Positions 1 to 10,066 of a stretch of 64,000 nucleotides of DNA are shown here, one piece after another (the stretch's first letter is position 1; each line of letters begins with the position of its first letter). The stretch comes from Ignavibacteria bacterium. Its GTDB lineage: Bacteria; Bacteroidota; Ignavibacteria; Kapaibacteriales; Kapaibacteriaceae. Made by a program: the position numbers and the translations under genes. The DNA is taken from positions 91,158 to 155,157 of the forward strand of contig JACPPD010000007.1 in the NCBI GenBank assembly GCA_016191145.1. Reading direction: 5' to 3'. The notes beneath the pieces are model-generated. The model ran no database searches, had not been told where the DNA came from, and worked only from the letters and a program-made list of their open reading frames with translations.

Positions 1-28
1 TAATGTCGGTTATCGTCTGAAAAAGCAA

Positions 29-1081
29 ATGAGTAAAGATTTGACAATAGAGCACCATCACGAGACCCATAGTACGGGGAATCGACCAGTACACGAAAGC
101 ACCCATCATCCCGAAGGGGGCGAGGTATTCACGCATTTGATTTCGGAGATTGGCGACACGTACGAGCTGAATCTGTTCTTCGTAAGACTGCCCATTCTCC
201 CCGTTATCCTTGTTGATGATGGCATTCATATATATCCGAATCTTCACGTCATGGAAGAATCGGGTGCGTTTACACTGCACCACAGCAAGGCTCCTTTTAA
301 GATGGTCAGTACAACGAAGGTAGATGCTGCCGGCAACCCTCTGGCGCCAGCTCTCAACCTGTCTGTTACCAACTATGTTGCCTACGAATGGATAGCGATG
401 GCAATTGTAACCATCCTGTTCCTGATTGCGAGGCGCCGTTACATAGAGCATGCCACGGAAGCTCCAAAGGGCATTCAGAATCTTTTGGAATCGATCGTGG
501 TTTATATCCGCGACGAAATTGTTGTTCCCAACGTTGGAACAGTGAAACGGGCTGTAAGGCTGATGCCGTATATCATGTCGCTGTTCTTCTTTATTCTTAC
601 GCTAAACCTACTTGGACTCATTCCCGGATGGCAGGCTGCAACTGGGGCACTCGGAATAACAATGGCATTGGCGCTCACATCGTTTGTTGTGGTCAACTAT
701 ATCGCATTCAAGGATGCAGGACCTCGTGCCTGGTTCAGCCACCTGCTTGGCGGCGCTCCTGCGTATATCGCGCCCATCATGGTGCCCATTGAAATAGTAT
801 CGTTGTTTACTAAGCCATTTGCTTTGATGATTCGTTTGTTTGCAAACATGACGGCCGGGCACATCGTGATTCTGTCGCTGTTGGGGCTCATCTTCTTTTC
901 AAAAAGCTGGTTTGTAACGCCAATCAGCGTGGGATTTTCCGTTTTCATCTATTTGCTGGAACTACTGGTTGCATTCTTGCAGGCTTACATCTTTGCAATG
1001 CTGACGTCTGTATTTGTCGGGCTTGCCCTTGGAGATCATGCCCACGCTGATAATCATCACGAAACTGAACGACTTCATTAA
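29..1081 (+). CDS. atpB: F0F1 ATP synthase subunit a
   Basis: 350-aa ORF. The C-terminal two thirds are polytopic with the a-subunit signature (LMPYIMSLFFFILTLNLLGLIPG ... RLFANMTAGH with the conserved Arg). The N-terminal extension is His/acidic-rich, so the true start may be internal. Followed directly by atpE. Confidence 0.8.
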   Translation: MSKDLTIEHHHETHSTGNRPVHESTHHPEGGEVFTHLISEIGDTYELNLFFVRLPILPVILVDDGIHIYPNLHVMEESGAFTLHHSKAPFKMVSTTKVDAAGNPLAPALNLSVTNYVAYEWIAMAIVTILFLIARRRYIEHATEAPKGIQNLLESIVVYIRDEIVVPNVGTVKRAVRLMPYIMSLFFFILTLNLLGLIPGWQAATGALGITMALALTSFVVVNYIAFKDAGPRAWFSHLLGGAPAYIAPIMVPIEIVSLFTKPFALMIRLFANMTAGHIVILSLLGLIFFSKSWFVTPISVGFSVFIYLLELLVAFLQAYIFAMLTSVFVGLALGDHAHADNHHETERLH

Positions 1082-1124
1082 CTGATAACATTAACAATCA
1101 ACAACTAATCTCATCGGAGGAACA

Positions 1125-1355
1125 ATGGAAGCAGTAGCATTTGCGTGGCTTGGCGCCGGTATCGGCGTAGGCGTTACGGTTTTTGGTGTAGGCACTGGTA
1201 TTGGCCGGCTTGCCGCCGCCGCTCTCGAAGCTAGTAGTCGGCAGCCAGAGAATGCCGGAGACATACGAACGACGATGATCATCGGCGCAGCACTCATCGA
1301 AGGCGTTGCGTTGCTTGCAGGCGTCATTTGTATTCTTCTTGCATTCAAATCATAA
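1125..1355 (+). CDS. atpE: F0F1 ATP synthase subunit c
   Basis: 76-aa proteolipid with two TM helices, a Gly-rich helix 1 and a conserved carboxylate in helix 2 (ALIEGVALL). GGAGG Shine-Dalgarno 5 nt upstream. Confidence 0.9.
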   Translation: MEAVAFAWLGAGIGVGVTVFGVGTGIGRLAAAALEASSRQPENAGDIRTTMIIGAALIEGVALLAGVICILLAFKS

Positions 1356-1444
1356 GTGTATTGGCCCTGCCCGGCGGCAGGGTCAGTGTCGGGTTGCTCT
1401 GTGGAACATTCCGACATTGACTCTCCACGCTTAACAAAACGTCT

Positions 1445-1939
1445 ATGCCAGCTTTTTTAGATCTGAATCCCGGTCAGATTATTTGGACCCTGATCAACTT
1501 TTCACTCTTCGTTTTCATCATTGGGAAATATGGATGGCAACCGATGATGAATGGTTTGGCTGCACGCGAAAAAGCAATACATGATGCGATACAGGGTGCT
1601 GAGGATGCCAACGCTCATGCAAATGCAATCCTTAAGGAAAACAGGGAGAGCATCGCCAAAGCACAGGCCGAGATGATGTCCATTGTTCGCGATGGCAAGA
1701 CTCAGTCTGAAGCTCTGGTGCGGCAGGCTGCCGAAGAGGCCTCTGCCATTAAACTTCAGAAGGTGAAGGAAGCTGAACGAGATATTGACAGACAAAAAGA
1801 AGAAGCCATAAAGGAGATCCGCGAAGAGGTTTCGAATATGGTTGTTAAGGCAACTGAGAAACTAATTGGCCGAACCATGCAGACCGAAGATCATAAGCAT
1901 ATTGTTGATAATTACGTTAACGAATTGTCAAAGAACTGA
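1445..1939 (+). CDS. atpF: F0F1 ATP synthase subunit b
   Basis: 164 aa with one N-terminal TM helix followed by a long charged Ala/Glu/Lys-rich helix. Position between atpE and atpH. Confidence 0.8.
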   Translation: MPAFLDLNPGQIIWTLINFSLFVFIIGKYGWQPMMNGLAAREKAIHDAIQGAEDANAHANAILKENRESIAKAQAEMMSIVRDGKTQSEALVRQAAEEASAIKLQKVKEAERDIDRQKEEAIKEIREEVSNMVVKATEKLIGRTMQTEDHKHIVDNYVNELSKN

Positions 1940-1946
1940 TACCGTA

Positions 1947-2486
1947 ATGTCCTCTCACGTAATCGCCCATCGCTATGCTCAGGCTGTCTTCGACCAGGCT
2001 GTCAGCAGTAATCAGGAAGAAGTTGTCGAGAAAGATCTCGCAACTATGAAGGCCATCAATACAGCCGTGCCAGAATTGTTTCGCATACTTAAGAGTCCGA
2101 TTATCGACACGTGGCGCAAAAAGAAGATTGCACAAGAAGTTTTTAAAGATCGACTTTCCCCGCTTACGCTGAGTTTTGTTACACTCATATTGGAAAAGGG
2201 AAGAGAGTCATTTGTACTCGACATCATCAGCCAATATGGTAAACTAATGGATGAACGTAGAAACATTATGCGGGTCGAAGTAACGTCGGCTAAGCCGCTG
2301 GATGACAGTTCAAAATCTCATCTGGAAACATCGTTAGAAAAACTGACCAATAAGAATATCAGCGCTACTTACCGCGAAGATGCGAGTCTTCTCGGGGGCT
2401 TGAGTGTTCTTATCGGCGATAAGGTATATGATGGTTCGCTGCGGCAGCAGTTGCGGAATCTAAAGTTGAAACTGGCGAGCGAGTGA
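1947..2486 (+). CDS. atpH: F0F1 ATP synthase subunit delta (OSCP)
   Basis: Starts MSSHVIAHRYAQAVF, the typical delta N-terminus (ARRYAxALF). The ORF-track start at 1866 would overlap atpF. About 180 aa, sits between atpF and atpA. Confidence 0.75.
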   Translation: MSSHVIAHRYAQAVFDQAVSSNQEEVVEKDLATMKAINTAVPELFRILKSPIIDTWRKKKIAQEVFKDRLSPLTLSFVTLILEKGRESFVLDIISQYGKLMDERRNIMRVEVTSAKPLDDSSKSHLETSLEKLTNKNISATYREDASLLGGLSVLIGDKVYDGSLRQQLRNLKLKLASE

Positions 2487-2527
2487 TTCCCATACATTGT
2501 AAATGAATTTAATTAAGGAATGAAACG

Positions 2528-4078
2528 ATGGCAGAAGTGAAGGCCGAAGAAATTTCTGCAATACTTCGCAGGCAGCTTGCAGGGTTTGAACCGCAGACCG
2601 ATATCTCGGAAGTTGGCACCGTCCTGCAGGTTGGTGATGGTGTTGCCCGGGTATACGGACTTACGAAAGTAATGGTATCGGAACTCATCGAGTTTCCGAA
2701 TAACGTATTCGGAATGGTACTCAACCTCGAAGAGGACAGTGTTGGCGTTGTTCTATTTGGTGATGACTCACTTGTTAACGAAGGAGATCAGGCGCGTAGA
2801 ACTAGTCGTGTTGCTTCCGTTCCTGTTGGAGAGGCATTGATAGGCCGTGTGGTTAATCCACTGGGTTTGCCGCTCGATGGCAAGGGGCCGATTAAAACCG
2901 ATCACTACCTGCCTATTGAACGTAAAGCGCTCGGAGTTATCGACAGACAGCCCGTAACCGAGCCGCTGCAGACAGGAATCAAGGCTATCGATTCGTTGAT
3001 CCCCATCGGAAGGGGTCAGCGAGAACTGATCATTGGCGACCGTCAGACAGGTAAGACGGTTATTGCAGTAGATACAATTATCAATCAGCGTCATACCCAT
3101 ACCAGGGAAGCACAAGAGCGCGGCATCAAGCCGATGTATTGCGTATATGTTGCAATTGGACAGAAGGGCTCGACAGTTGCAAACGTTGTTGCAACTCTCG
3201 AAGAGTATGGCGCAATGGAATACACAACAGTTGTAAATGTTTCTGCATCCGATCCGGCTCCTCTTCAGTTTATCGCGCCATACTGCGGCTGCTCGATTGG
3301 GGAATATTTTCGCGACAGTGGCAGGCACGCCCTGGTTATCTACGACGATCTCTCAAAACAAGCGGCTGCCTACAGGCAGGTGTCGCTACTCCTGCGCCGT
3401 CCACCCGGACGCGAGGCATACCCCGGCGATGTATTCTACCTTCACAGCCGCCTTCTTGAACGCGCTGCCAAGCTTAACGATTCTTTGGGAGGGGGCTCGT
3501 TAACGGCTCTGCCGGTAATTGAAACTCAGGCTGGCGACGTAGCAGCATATATCCCGACGAATGTAATTTCTATTACTGACGGACAGATCTACCTTGAACC
3601 AAATCTTTTCAACGCAGGTATTCGCCCTGCATTGAATGTTGGGATTTCCGTTTCTCGCGTAGGCGGTAATGCCCAGATAAAGGCAATGAAGAAGGTGGCA
3701 GGACCGCTCAAACTAGAGCTTGCACAGTATAGAGCACTGGAAGCATTTGCAAAGTTTGGTTCAGACTTGGATAAGACAACACAACAACAACTGCGTCGGG
3801 GAGCACGGTTGATGGAGGTTATGAAGCAGCCTCAATACTCACCAGTTCCGGTCGATGAGCAAGTAGTGGTGATCTTTGCAGCTACCAACGGATACATGGA
3901 TGAATTACCGGTAGAAGCCATAAAGCGCTACGAAAACGAACTTCTCTCGCTTATGCACAGTACCCATGCCGATGTGTTGGATGCTATCTCCGTCGAGAAA
4001 GCCTTAACCGACTCAATAGTAGAGAATCTGAAGTCAATTATAAACACATTTACAGAACGCTTTACAGCGTCGCTGTAA
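2528..4078 (+). CDS. atpA: F0F1 ATP synthase subunit alpha
   Basis: 516 aa with P-loop GDRQTGKT and strong global similarity to alpha subunits ([45 protein letters not shown]). Confidence 0.95.
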   Translation: MAEVKAEEISAILRRQLAGFEPQTDISEVGTVLQVGDGVARVYGLTKVMVSELIEFPNNVFGMVLNLEEDSVGVVLFGDDSLVNEGDQARRTSRVASVPVGEALIGRVVNPLGLPLDGKGPIKTDHYLPIERKALGVIDRQPVTEPLQTGIKAIDSLIPIGRGQRELIIGDRQTGKTVIAVDTIINQRHTHTREAQERGIKPMYCVYVAIGQKGSTVANVVATLEEYGAMEYTTVVNVSASDPAPLQFIAPYCGCSIGEYFRDSGRHALVIYDDLSKQAAAYRQVSLLLRRPPGREAYPGDVFYLHSRLLERAAKLNDSLGGGSLTALPVIETQAGDVAAYIPTNVISITDGQIYLEPNLFNAGIRPALNVGISVSRVGGNAQIKAMKKVAGPLKLELAQYRALEAFAKFGSDLDKTTQQQLRRGARLMEVMKQPQYSPVPVDEQVVVIFAATNGYMDELPVEAIKRYENELLSLMHSTHADVLDAISVEKALTDSIVENLKSIINTFTERFTASL

Positions 4079-4086
4079 TTCAATTC

Positions 4087-5052
4087 ATGCCAATGATTGT
4101 TCTGACGGGCGGCGCGGGTTTCATCGGCAGTTGCATGTTGGCAACCCTTAACGCATCGGGGTACACCGATGTGCTAATCGTAGACTCATTGCGTTCCGGT
4201 GACAAATGGAAGAATCTTGTTGGTCATTCCTTCCTCGACATTGTTAGCAAGGAGAACTTCCGCGAAATGATGATGACGGGTGTCGATGAAGGGATTGAGA
4301 CCCTGATTCATTTTGGCGCGTGTTCCACAACAACGGAAAGAGATGCAGATTATCTATACGACAACAACACGAGGTACTCGCAGGAAGTGGCTGAATTCGC
4401 ATTCCGTCAGGGTGCGCGTCTCATCTACGCGAGTTCGGCAGCAACGTATGGTGATGGCAGCAAGGGCTACAGCGATGATGAGCGGTTGCTACTCCCGCTA
4501 AATATGTATGGATACTCTAAATACTTGTTCGATGAATGGGTAAGAAGTAATGGATACGATGGGTCTTGTGTTGGTCTGAAGTTTTTTAACGTCTATGGTC
4601 CTAATGAATACCATAAAATAGATCAGGCAAGCATGATCTACAAAGCAGTGCAGCAGATTGCTCAAACTGGAAGTGTGAAGTTGTTTGCGTCGAACGATCC
4701 ACAGTATCCAGATGGCGGACAGATGAGAGATTTCATTTACGTTAAGGATGCCTGCAAGGTAGTTATGTGGCTAATGAAATCCCCGCAAATCAATGGTATT
4801 TTCAATTTCGGATCCGGCACGGCTCGCACTTGGAACGATGCTGCACGCGCAGTATTCGCTGCTATGGAGTTGGAACCGCATATTGAGTACATCGAAATGC
4901 CAAAAGAGCTAAAGCTGCAGTATCAAAACTTCACACAAGCCCAAATGTCTAAACTCAGGAATTATATTCCCACAATGTCATTCTCAACTCTCGAAGAAGG
5001 TGTTGCCGATTACGTAAAGAATCATCTTGTGCAATCATGGCAATATTATTGA
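4087..5052 (+). CDS. hldD: ADP-L-glycero-D-manno-heptose 6-epimerase
   Basis: 321 aa with N-terminal Rossmann motif TGGAGFIGS. Collinear similarity to E. coli HldD/RfaD along the full length (YASSAATYG, NMYGYSKYLFDE, FFNVYGPNE, FNFGSG). Confidence 0.85.
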   Translation: MPMIVLTGGAGFIGSCMLATLNASGYTDVLIVDSLRSGDKWKNLVGHSFLDIVSKENFREMMMTGVDEGIETLIHFGACSTTTERDADYLYDNNTRYSQEVAEFAFRQGARLIYASSAATYGDGSKGYSDDERLLLPLNMYGYSKYLFDEWVRSNGYDGSCVGLKFFNVYGPNEYHKIDQASMIYKAVQQIAQTGSVKLFASNDPQYPDGGQMRDFIYVKDACKVVMWLMKSPQINGIFNFGSGTARTWNDAARAVFAAMELEPHIEYIEMPKELKLQYQNFTQAQMSKLRNYIPTMSFSTLEEGVADYVKNHLVQSWQYY

Positions 5053-5063
5053 TCGGCTAATCC

Positions 5064-5948
5064 ATGGCTACACTACGTGAAACACGAACAAGGATCAGCT
5101 CTGTTCGAAACATTTCAAAGATCACACAGGCAATGCGAATGGTTGCTGCAGCCAAACTGCGGCGCGCAGAAGAAGCCATCAAGTCGGCGCGGCCATTTGC
5201 GCGGCAACTGGAAAAGATTTTGTTCAACATTGCAAAAGCCGAAACCGATTTCGTACACCCATTTCTCGAAAAGCGTGCAGCGGTAAATTCTGTTCTGCTG
5301 ATTGTTGTTTCCAGCGATCGGGGATTATGCGGAGCATTTAATGCAAATCTGATGAGGGTGGTTGGCACACGGAATGTACTGCTGAGAAAAGACAATCCAA
5401 ACGTAGACATATCTGTTGTTACCGTTGGCAAGCGCGCCATTAATTCAATGCGCCGAACTAAAGAAAAAATTCTTGCTGAATTTCCCGACGTATTCAACAA
5501 GCTTGATTATTCAGTTGCAGTTGAATTATCGCACATTGCCGTTAATGCATTTACTACCGGTCACGCAGATAGGATCGAAATCATTCACAACGAATTCGTT
5601 TCTATCATCAGGCAGGAAGTCAAGGTTCTTCAGCTTCTCCCGATCGAACCCGCCGTGGTGAAGGGCGAAACAACTAAGGAAGCCAACGTCGATTACATTT
5701 TTGAACCTACAAGAGCACTGCTGGATGCAATTCTGCCGCTGTATTTGAACGCTCAGGTCTGGCGCACATTGCTGGATTCCAACGCTGCAGAGCACGGAGC
5801 CCGGATGATGGCTATGGATAACGCCACAACGAATGCAAGAGATCTCATCAAGGCGCTGCAGCTCATGTATAACCGGGAACGCCAGGCAGCCATCACTAAA
5901 GAGATGCTGGAAATTGTTGGCGGAGCTGAAGCTCTTTCAAGCACGTAA
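5064..5948 (+). CDS. atpG: F0F1 ATP synthase subunit gamma
   Basis: 294 aa. N-terminus MATLRETRTRISSVRNISKITQAMRMVAAAKLRRAEE and C-terminus ITKEMLEIVGGAEAL are classic gamma-subunit signatures. Confidence 0.9.
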   Translation: MATLRETRTRISSVRNISKITQAMRMVAAAKLRRAEEAIKSARPFARQLEKILFNIAKAETDFVHPFLEKRAAVNSVLLIVVSSDRGLCGAFNANLMRVVGTRNVLLRKDNPNVDISVVTVGKRAINSMRRTKEKILAEFPDVFNKLDYSVAVELSHIAVNAFTTGHADRIEIIHNEFVSIIRQEVKVLQLLPIEPAVVKGETTKEANVDYIFEPTRALLDAILPLYLNAQVWRTLLDSNAAEHGARMMAMDNATTNARDLIKALQLMYNRERQAAITKEMLEIVGGAEALSST

Positions 5949-5954
5949 ATCTCA

Positions 5955-6488
5955 ATGCAGAGCCGACCGACATTTTTTTCGCTTCGGTCCCTGGCCCTCG
6001 CTGCTGCGATGGTAACTTTCTATACAATCCTGGTTTCCGTAGACTTCGGTGGGTACAATCCGTATGCTGAATCGTATAGGTCCCGCATTGGACTCTATGC
6101 AAGCAAACTTGATACTCTTGCACTGATCACGTCGTGGAACAAAAAGATGTTCCTTCGGCACCTTGCGAATTTCGAGATACCCAGGTACGTAGCCCAACAC
6201 ATCCAGCAGGGCGACACAGTACTCCTGCCCCCTTGGGAATATGCGGCCCAGTACATCGAGGTGGATCCAACGTGGACAGATCCGCGAGTGTTTACTTACA
6301 TGACGGGCTTTCAGCCAATTGTAGCCTTTAACGATTCCTTGCGGTGGAAGAGCGCTAACACGTACATTGTTTTGGAGGGGGCATCCATCTGGCTGGCACG
6401 AAGAGGAGACCGGACAAATATTGATTCGTTGCTCAATGAATATCGACGTCTGGCTGCAACGAATCCGAACAACGTTAAGTCGCTATGA
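5955..6488 (+). CDS. hypothetical protein with N-terminal signal/TM anchor
   Basis: 177-aa ORF with a hydrophobic N-terminus. No recognisable family. Overlaps the next gene by 4 bp, which suggests an operon. Confidence 0.5.
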   Translation: MQSRPTFFSLRSLALAAAMVTFYTILVSVDFGGYNPYAESYRSRIGLYASKLDTLALITSWNKKMFLRHLANFEIPRYVAQHIQQGDTVLLPPWEYAAQYIEVDPTWTDPRVFTYMTGFQPIVAFNDSLRWKSANTYIVLEGASIWLARRGDRTNIDSLLNEYRRLAATNPNNVKSL

Positions 6489-7840
6489 TAGCAGCTATCA
6501 TCATAATTCTTCAGATAGTAACTGGATTTGGTATTCTGGCGCAATGCCGTTTTCTTTCGATGCGTGCCGCTATTATTCCGTTAGCTTTTCTTGTCGGATC
6601 GTTTGTTCACTCCATGCTATTCTTCACAGCCGATATCTTCTCAATTGGACTCAGCCAATCATCAATGATTGTTACAGCAGGCCTGTGCGCTGTGATTTCG
6701 CATTTACGGTTGCGTCCGGTTATTGAATTCTACAATTATTTAGTACTCTTTCCAAAGTTCACGCTGCAGATGCACGACGTTGTTAGCATAGTTATTGCAT
6801 CGGGTCTTGCGTATTACGTTGTGTGGGCTGCGTGGTACTGGCCTGTTACTCCATTCGATGCTATGGCAGGAATTGATTTGGTTGCACGGCAGACGGTCGA
6901 AGAGGGTACGATTGCAAACCGTGTGTTTTTCGAGTCGTCTCTTACAAGCAATCTGTCTAATCAACCATTCTATGCCCCCTATGCAATGCTTATGCAGGTA
7001 ATGTACAGGTTGATGGGCTTCACGTTTGGTCAGCTATGGGTGTCGTTTGTAGCCATAGCATTTTCATGGATAGTATGGATAGCCTTGCGGCAAGTGTGCC
7101 ACGCATTCATTGCAAATGTTCTGTGGTTTTTCTTTCTGCTGACGCCGGAAATTTTGGGCTATACATATCTGTTGCAGACTGATTACGCTAACGCTGCGTT
7201 CTTTAGCACTGGCGTGTTGATGTTAGTTGCTGGCCTCAGAAGTGATTCTAAAGCACACTTTACTGTCTCGGCATTTTTATTCTCAGCAGCATGTTGGTCT
7301 CGATCAGAGACTATTGCCATTGTAATGGCTGGAGTAATTGCATCGATACCATTATTCCGCAAGGCGATGGCATGGCGAGAAGTCTTTCTGCAGTCGGGCA
7401 AGGTAATTGGCGCATCGCTCATTTCATTTCTATTGTGGTCAGCATACTACGTGCCCTTCCGTTTGCCGATCCAGCCTGATCTATCCTGGGAGCTGAAAGG
7501 AAACGCTTTGCAACGTTTGTTACAGGTGATACCAGATACATTTCAGCATGTAATCATCAACACGCATCTGTGGGGTTGGGCTTTTATATTGTTTGTGATA
7601 ATGTTCGGCATAAGTTGGATTACGACGCGAACGCCGGGACGGATGGCGCTACTGCTGTGGATTGCCGTAACACTTCTGTGTCTGGTGGTTATATCATCGG
7701 TATTTCAATCGGCAATAGTGGAATTAACATTACGCCGAGGTATTTTCAAGATTATTCCGCTCATCATCATTTTAATTGGTTCGTTGCCATTGATTCGTAT
7801 TTGGAGTGAGCGATTGCGGCAATGGGAATTTGGGGCATAA
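6485..7840 (+). CDS. polytopic integral membrane protein (GT-C-like topology, function unknown)
   Basis: 451 aa with about 11-12 predicted TM helices separated by short loops and an acidic motif (PFDAMAGIDLV) in the first extracytoplasmic loop. Resembles GT-C glycosyltransferases or polymerases but has no diagnostic motif. Confidence 0.55.
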   Translation: MIAAIIIILQIVTGFGILAQCRFLSMRAAIIPLAFLVGSFVHSMLFFTADIFSIGLSQSSMIVTAGLCAVISHLRLRPVIEFYNYLVLFPKFTLQMHDVVSIVIASGLAYYVVWAAWYWPVTPFDAMAGIDLVARQTVEEGTIANRVFFESSLTSNLSNQPFYAPYAMLMQVMYRLMGFTFGQLWVSFVAIAFSWIVWIALRQVCHAFIANVLWFFFLLTPEILGYTYLLQTDYANAAFFSTGVLMLVAGLRSDSKAHFTVSAFLFSAACWSRSETIAIVMAGVIASIPLFRKAMAWREVFLQSGKVIGASLISFLLWSAYYVPFRLPIQPDLSWELKGNALQRLLQVIPDTFQHVIINTHLWGWAFILFVIMFGISWITTRTPGRMALLLWIAVTLLCLVVISSVFQSAIVELTLRRGIFKIIPLIIILIGSLPLIRIWSERLRQWEFGA

Positions 7841-7846
7841 CCACAA

Positions 7847-8689
7847 ATGTCGAAGCTGCTTTTCATATTTATTTCCGGTATCGTAACACTGTTGGCGTTG
7901 TGGGCGTTGAGCGCCTACGTGTCGCGACTGTTTGTAAAACGATCCATACAGCATCTGCTTCGTTCCATTGGTAAGGAGCCCCTTCCAAACTTTTCATCAC
8001 AATTGTCGCGAATACTGCCAGAACCTGTGAAGAGGTATCTGCATTTTGCACTAAAGGAGGGTCAGAAAAACATTCGTTATGCCATCTTAACACAACAGGC
8101 ATCGTTCAGACATCGGCCTGACAGTACATGGTTTACTGTTCGTTCAACAGAGTACATTTCAGGGATGGAACCCGGATTTGTATGGGATGCTGTGCTGAGA
8201 CACAATACCTTCTGGTGGAGAACTGCAAAGCTGAGTTATATGCATGGCATAGGGTACGGACACATCAAGCTGTTTGGAGCATTAACGCTGCAGGAGCATG
8301 AAGGACGAGAGACCGACGTTTCAATGCTCTTCCGTTATTTGAGTGAATTGGTTTGGCTGCCGACGGGGCTGATTCCTACAAAGACCCTTCGGTGGGAAGC
8401 GATCGACGATAATTCTGCCTTGGCAATCATCAGCGACGGTGGGATAAAGGTCGAAGCTACGTTTCATGTAAATCAGGCAGGTGAAATTGATCGTATTAAA
8501 ACGACGCACAAATTCCGCGATCATAAGAGTGGTTTTGAGCAGCAGCCTTTCACCCTTGAGTGCAGAGCGTATCGGGATGTAGAGGGAGTGATGATTCCCA
8601 CACGGGTAGATTTCATCTGGAATCTTGAATCGGGTGACTTCCGGTACGGCCAATTTGAAATTGTTGATGTTAGATATTTTTATAATTAA
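7847..8689 (+). CDS. hypothetical protein (N-terminal TM anchor)
   Basis: 280-aa ORF, 7 nt after the previous gene. No recognisable domain. Confidence 0.5.
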   Translation: MSKLLFIFISGIVTLLALWALSAYVSRLFVKRSIQHLLRSIGKEPLPNFSSQLSRILPEPVKRYLHFALKEGQKNIRYAILTQQASFRHRPDSTWFTVRSTEYISGMEPGFVWDAVLRHNTFWWRTAKLSYMHGIGYGHIKLFGALTLQEHEGRETDVSMLFRYLSELVWLPTGLIPTKTLRWEAIDDNSALAIISDGGIKVEATFHVNQAGEIDRIKTTHKFRDHKSGFEQQPFTLECRAYRDVEGVMIPTRVDFIWNLESGDFRYGQFEIVDVRYFYN

Positions 8690-8692
8690 CAC

Positions 8693-10066
8693 ATGAAGAG
8701 CCGCACGATTTTCAGATGCTCATCATGCGGTCACATCGCATCGAAATGGCTCGGCAGATGTCCTTCCTGTGAATCCTGGGATACTATGATTGAGGAAGTT
8801 CAGCATGCATCCTCCAGGAGCGTCGCGAGTAAGAAAGGAAGGTCTAATGGCAGTGTGCTCACTGTAGAGCATCTCGACTCAATCAACAGCATTGAAAAGG
8901 GGAGAATCATAACCTCCATTCAGGAACTGGACCGTGTTCTTGGCGGTGGAGTTGTTCCGGGCAGCGTTGTGCTGATAGGGGGCGATCCGGGAATGGGTAA
9001 AAGCACGCTTGCTCTGCAAATTGCCGCTGCTGTTGGTGATCGCTTTGGTCCCTCCCTTTATGTTACCGGCGAAGAGAGTCTTCAGCAGCTGAAACAACGT
9101 GCTGAACGTCTAGCGCTCAGTGTGAAAAATATTCACGGCGCTGCTGAGACCAATATTGAAACAATCGCTCAGGCGATAATTGCCGTACGACCCTCGATTG
9201 TTGTTATCGACTCTATCCAGACGATGGCAACCGGGCTGATGGAGTCTTCGGCAGGGAGCGTAGCACAGGTTCGTGAGTGCACAGCATTGCTGACGAAAAT
9301 CGCAAAGGCGGAATCCATCCCTATCCTGCTCATCGGTCACGTTACCAAGGACGGCTTTATTGCTGGTCCTAAAATTCTTGAACACATGGTTGATGCAGTA
9401 CTTCAATTTGAAGGTGAAGAACGATATGCATATCGTGTTCTGCGGGCACTAAAGAATAGGTATGGATCGACGAATGAGATTGCCGTTTTTTCTATGATGG
9501 AAAGGGGCTTACAAGGCGTCAGCAATCCATCGCAAGTGTTGCTGTCCGGCAGAAACTCCGATGCGCCGGGAACCGCAGTAGTTGCCGTTATCGAAGGAAC
9601 AAGACCGCTGCTAGTAGAAATTCAGGCATTGGTCTCGCACAGTGGTTTCAGCATGCCGCAGAGAGTAAGCACCGGGTACGACGGCAAGAGGCTGCAAATG
9701 ATAATTGCCGTGCTCGAAAAGCGCTGCGGAATAACGCTTAGGCAGCACGACGTGTTTGTGAATGTTGCCGGAGGCTTCTCGTTTCAGGACCCTGCGATGG
9801 ATTTAGGAGTAGCTATCGCCATCGTATCATCGGTCTACGACACGCAAATTCCTTCAGATGTATCTTTTATGGGTGAAGTGGGATTAACAGGAGAAATTAG
9901 GCAGGTGACACAAATCGACAAGAGAATTGCTGAATCACGAAGAATGGGACTAGTTAAAACTTATATTCCGAAATTAGACGTTCCAGGTCAGCCCGATGGC
10001 CTTGTTGAATTTGGGAAACTACAACATGTAATTCACGATTTGTTCGTCGTGACCGCCAATGGATGA
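8693..10066 (+). CDS. radA: DNA repair protein RadA/Sms
   Basis: N-terminal zinc ribbon CSSCGH...CPSC, RecA-like P-loop GGDPGMGKSTLALQ, KNRYG motif and a C-terminal Lon-like domain. Confidence 0.9.
   Translation: MKSRTIFRCSSCGHIASKWLGRCPSCESWDTMIEEVQHASSRSVASKKGRSNGSVLTVEHLDSINSIEKGRIITSIQELDRVLGGGVVPGSVVLIGGDPGMGKSTLALQIAAAVGDRFGPSLYVTGEESLQQLKQRAERLALSVKNIHGAAETNIETIAQAIIAVRPSIVVIDSIQTMATGLMESSAGSVAQVRECTALLTKIAKAESIPILLIGHVTKDGFIAGPKILEHMVDAVLQFEGEERYAYRVLRALKNRYGSTNEIAVFSMMERGLQGVSNPSQVLLSGRNSDAPGTAVVAVIEGTRPLLVEIQALVSHSGFSMPQRVSTGYDGKRLQMIIAVLEKRCGITLRQHDVFVNVAGGFSFQDPAMDLGVAIAIVSSVYDTQIPSDVSFMGEVGLTGEIRQVTQIDKRIAESRRMGLVKTYIPKLDVPGQPDGLVEFGKLQHVIHDLFVVTANG

Noticed and set aside
388-948. 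Overlapping and antisense ORFs within atpB (388-792 +, 502-696 -, 608-862 -, 697-948 -)
   Set aside because: They are embedded in a well-supported conserved gene and have no independent signals.
1356-1444. Hairpin CCCTGCC-CGGC-GGCAGGG after atpE
   Set aside because: It has no U-tract, so it is more likely an intra-operon mRNA stability element than a terminator, and atpF follows. Not annotated as a feature.
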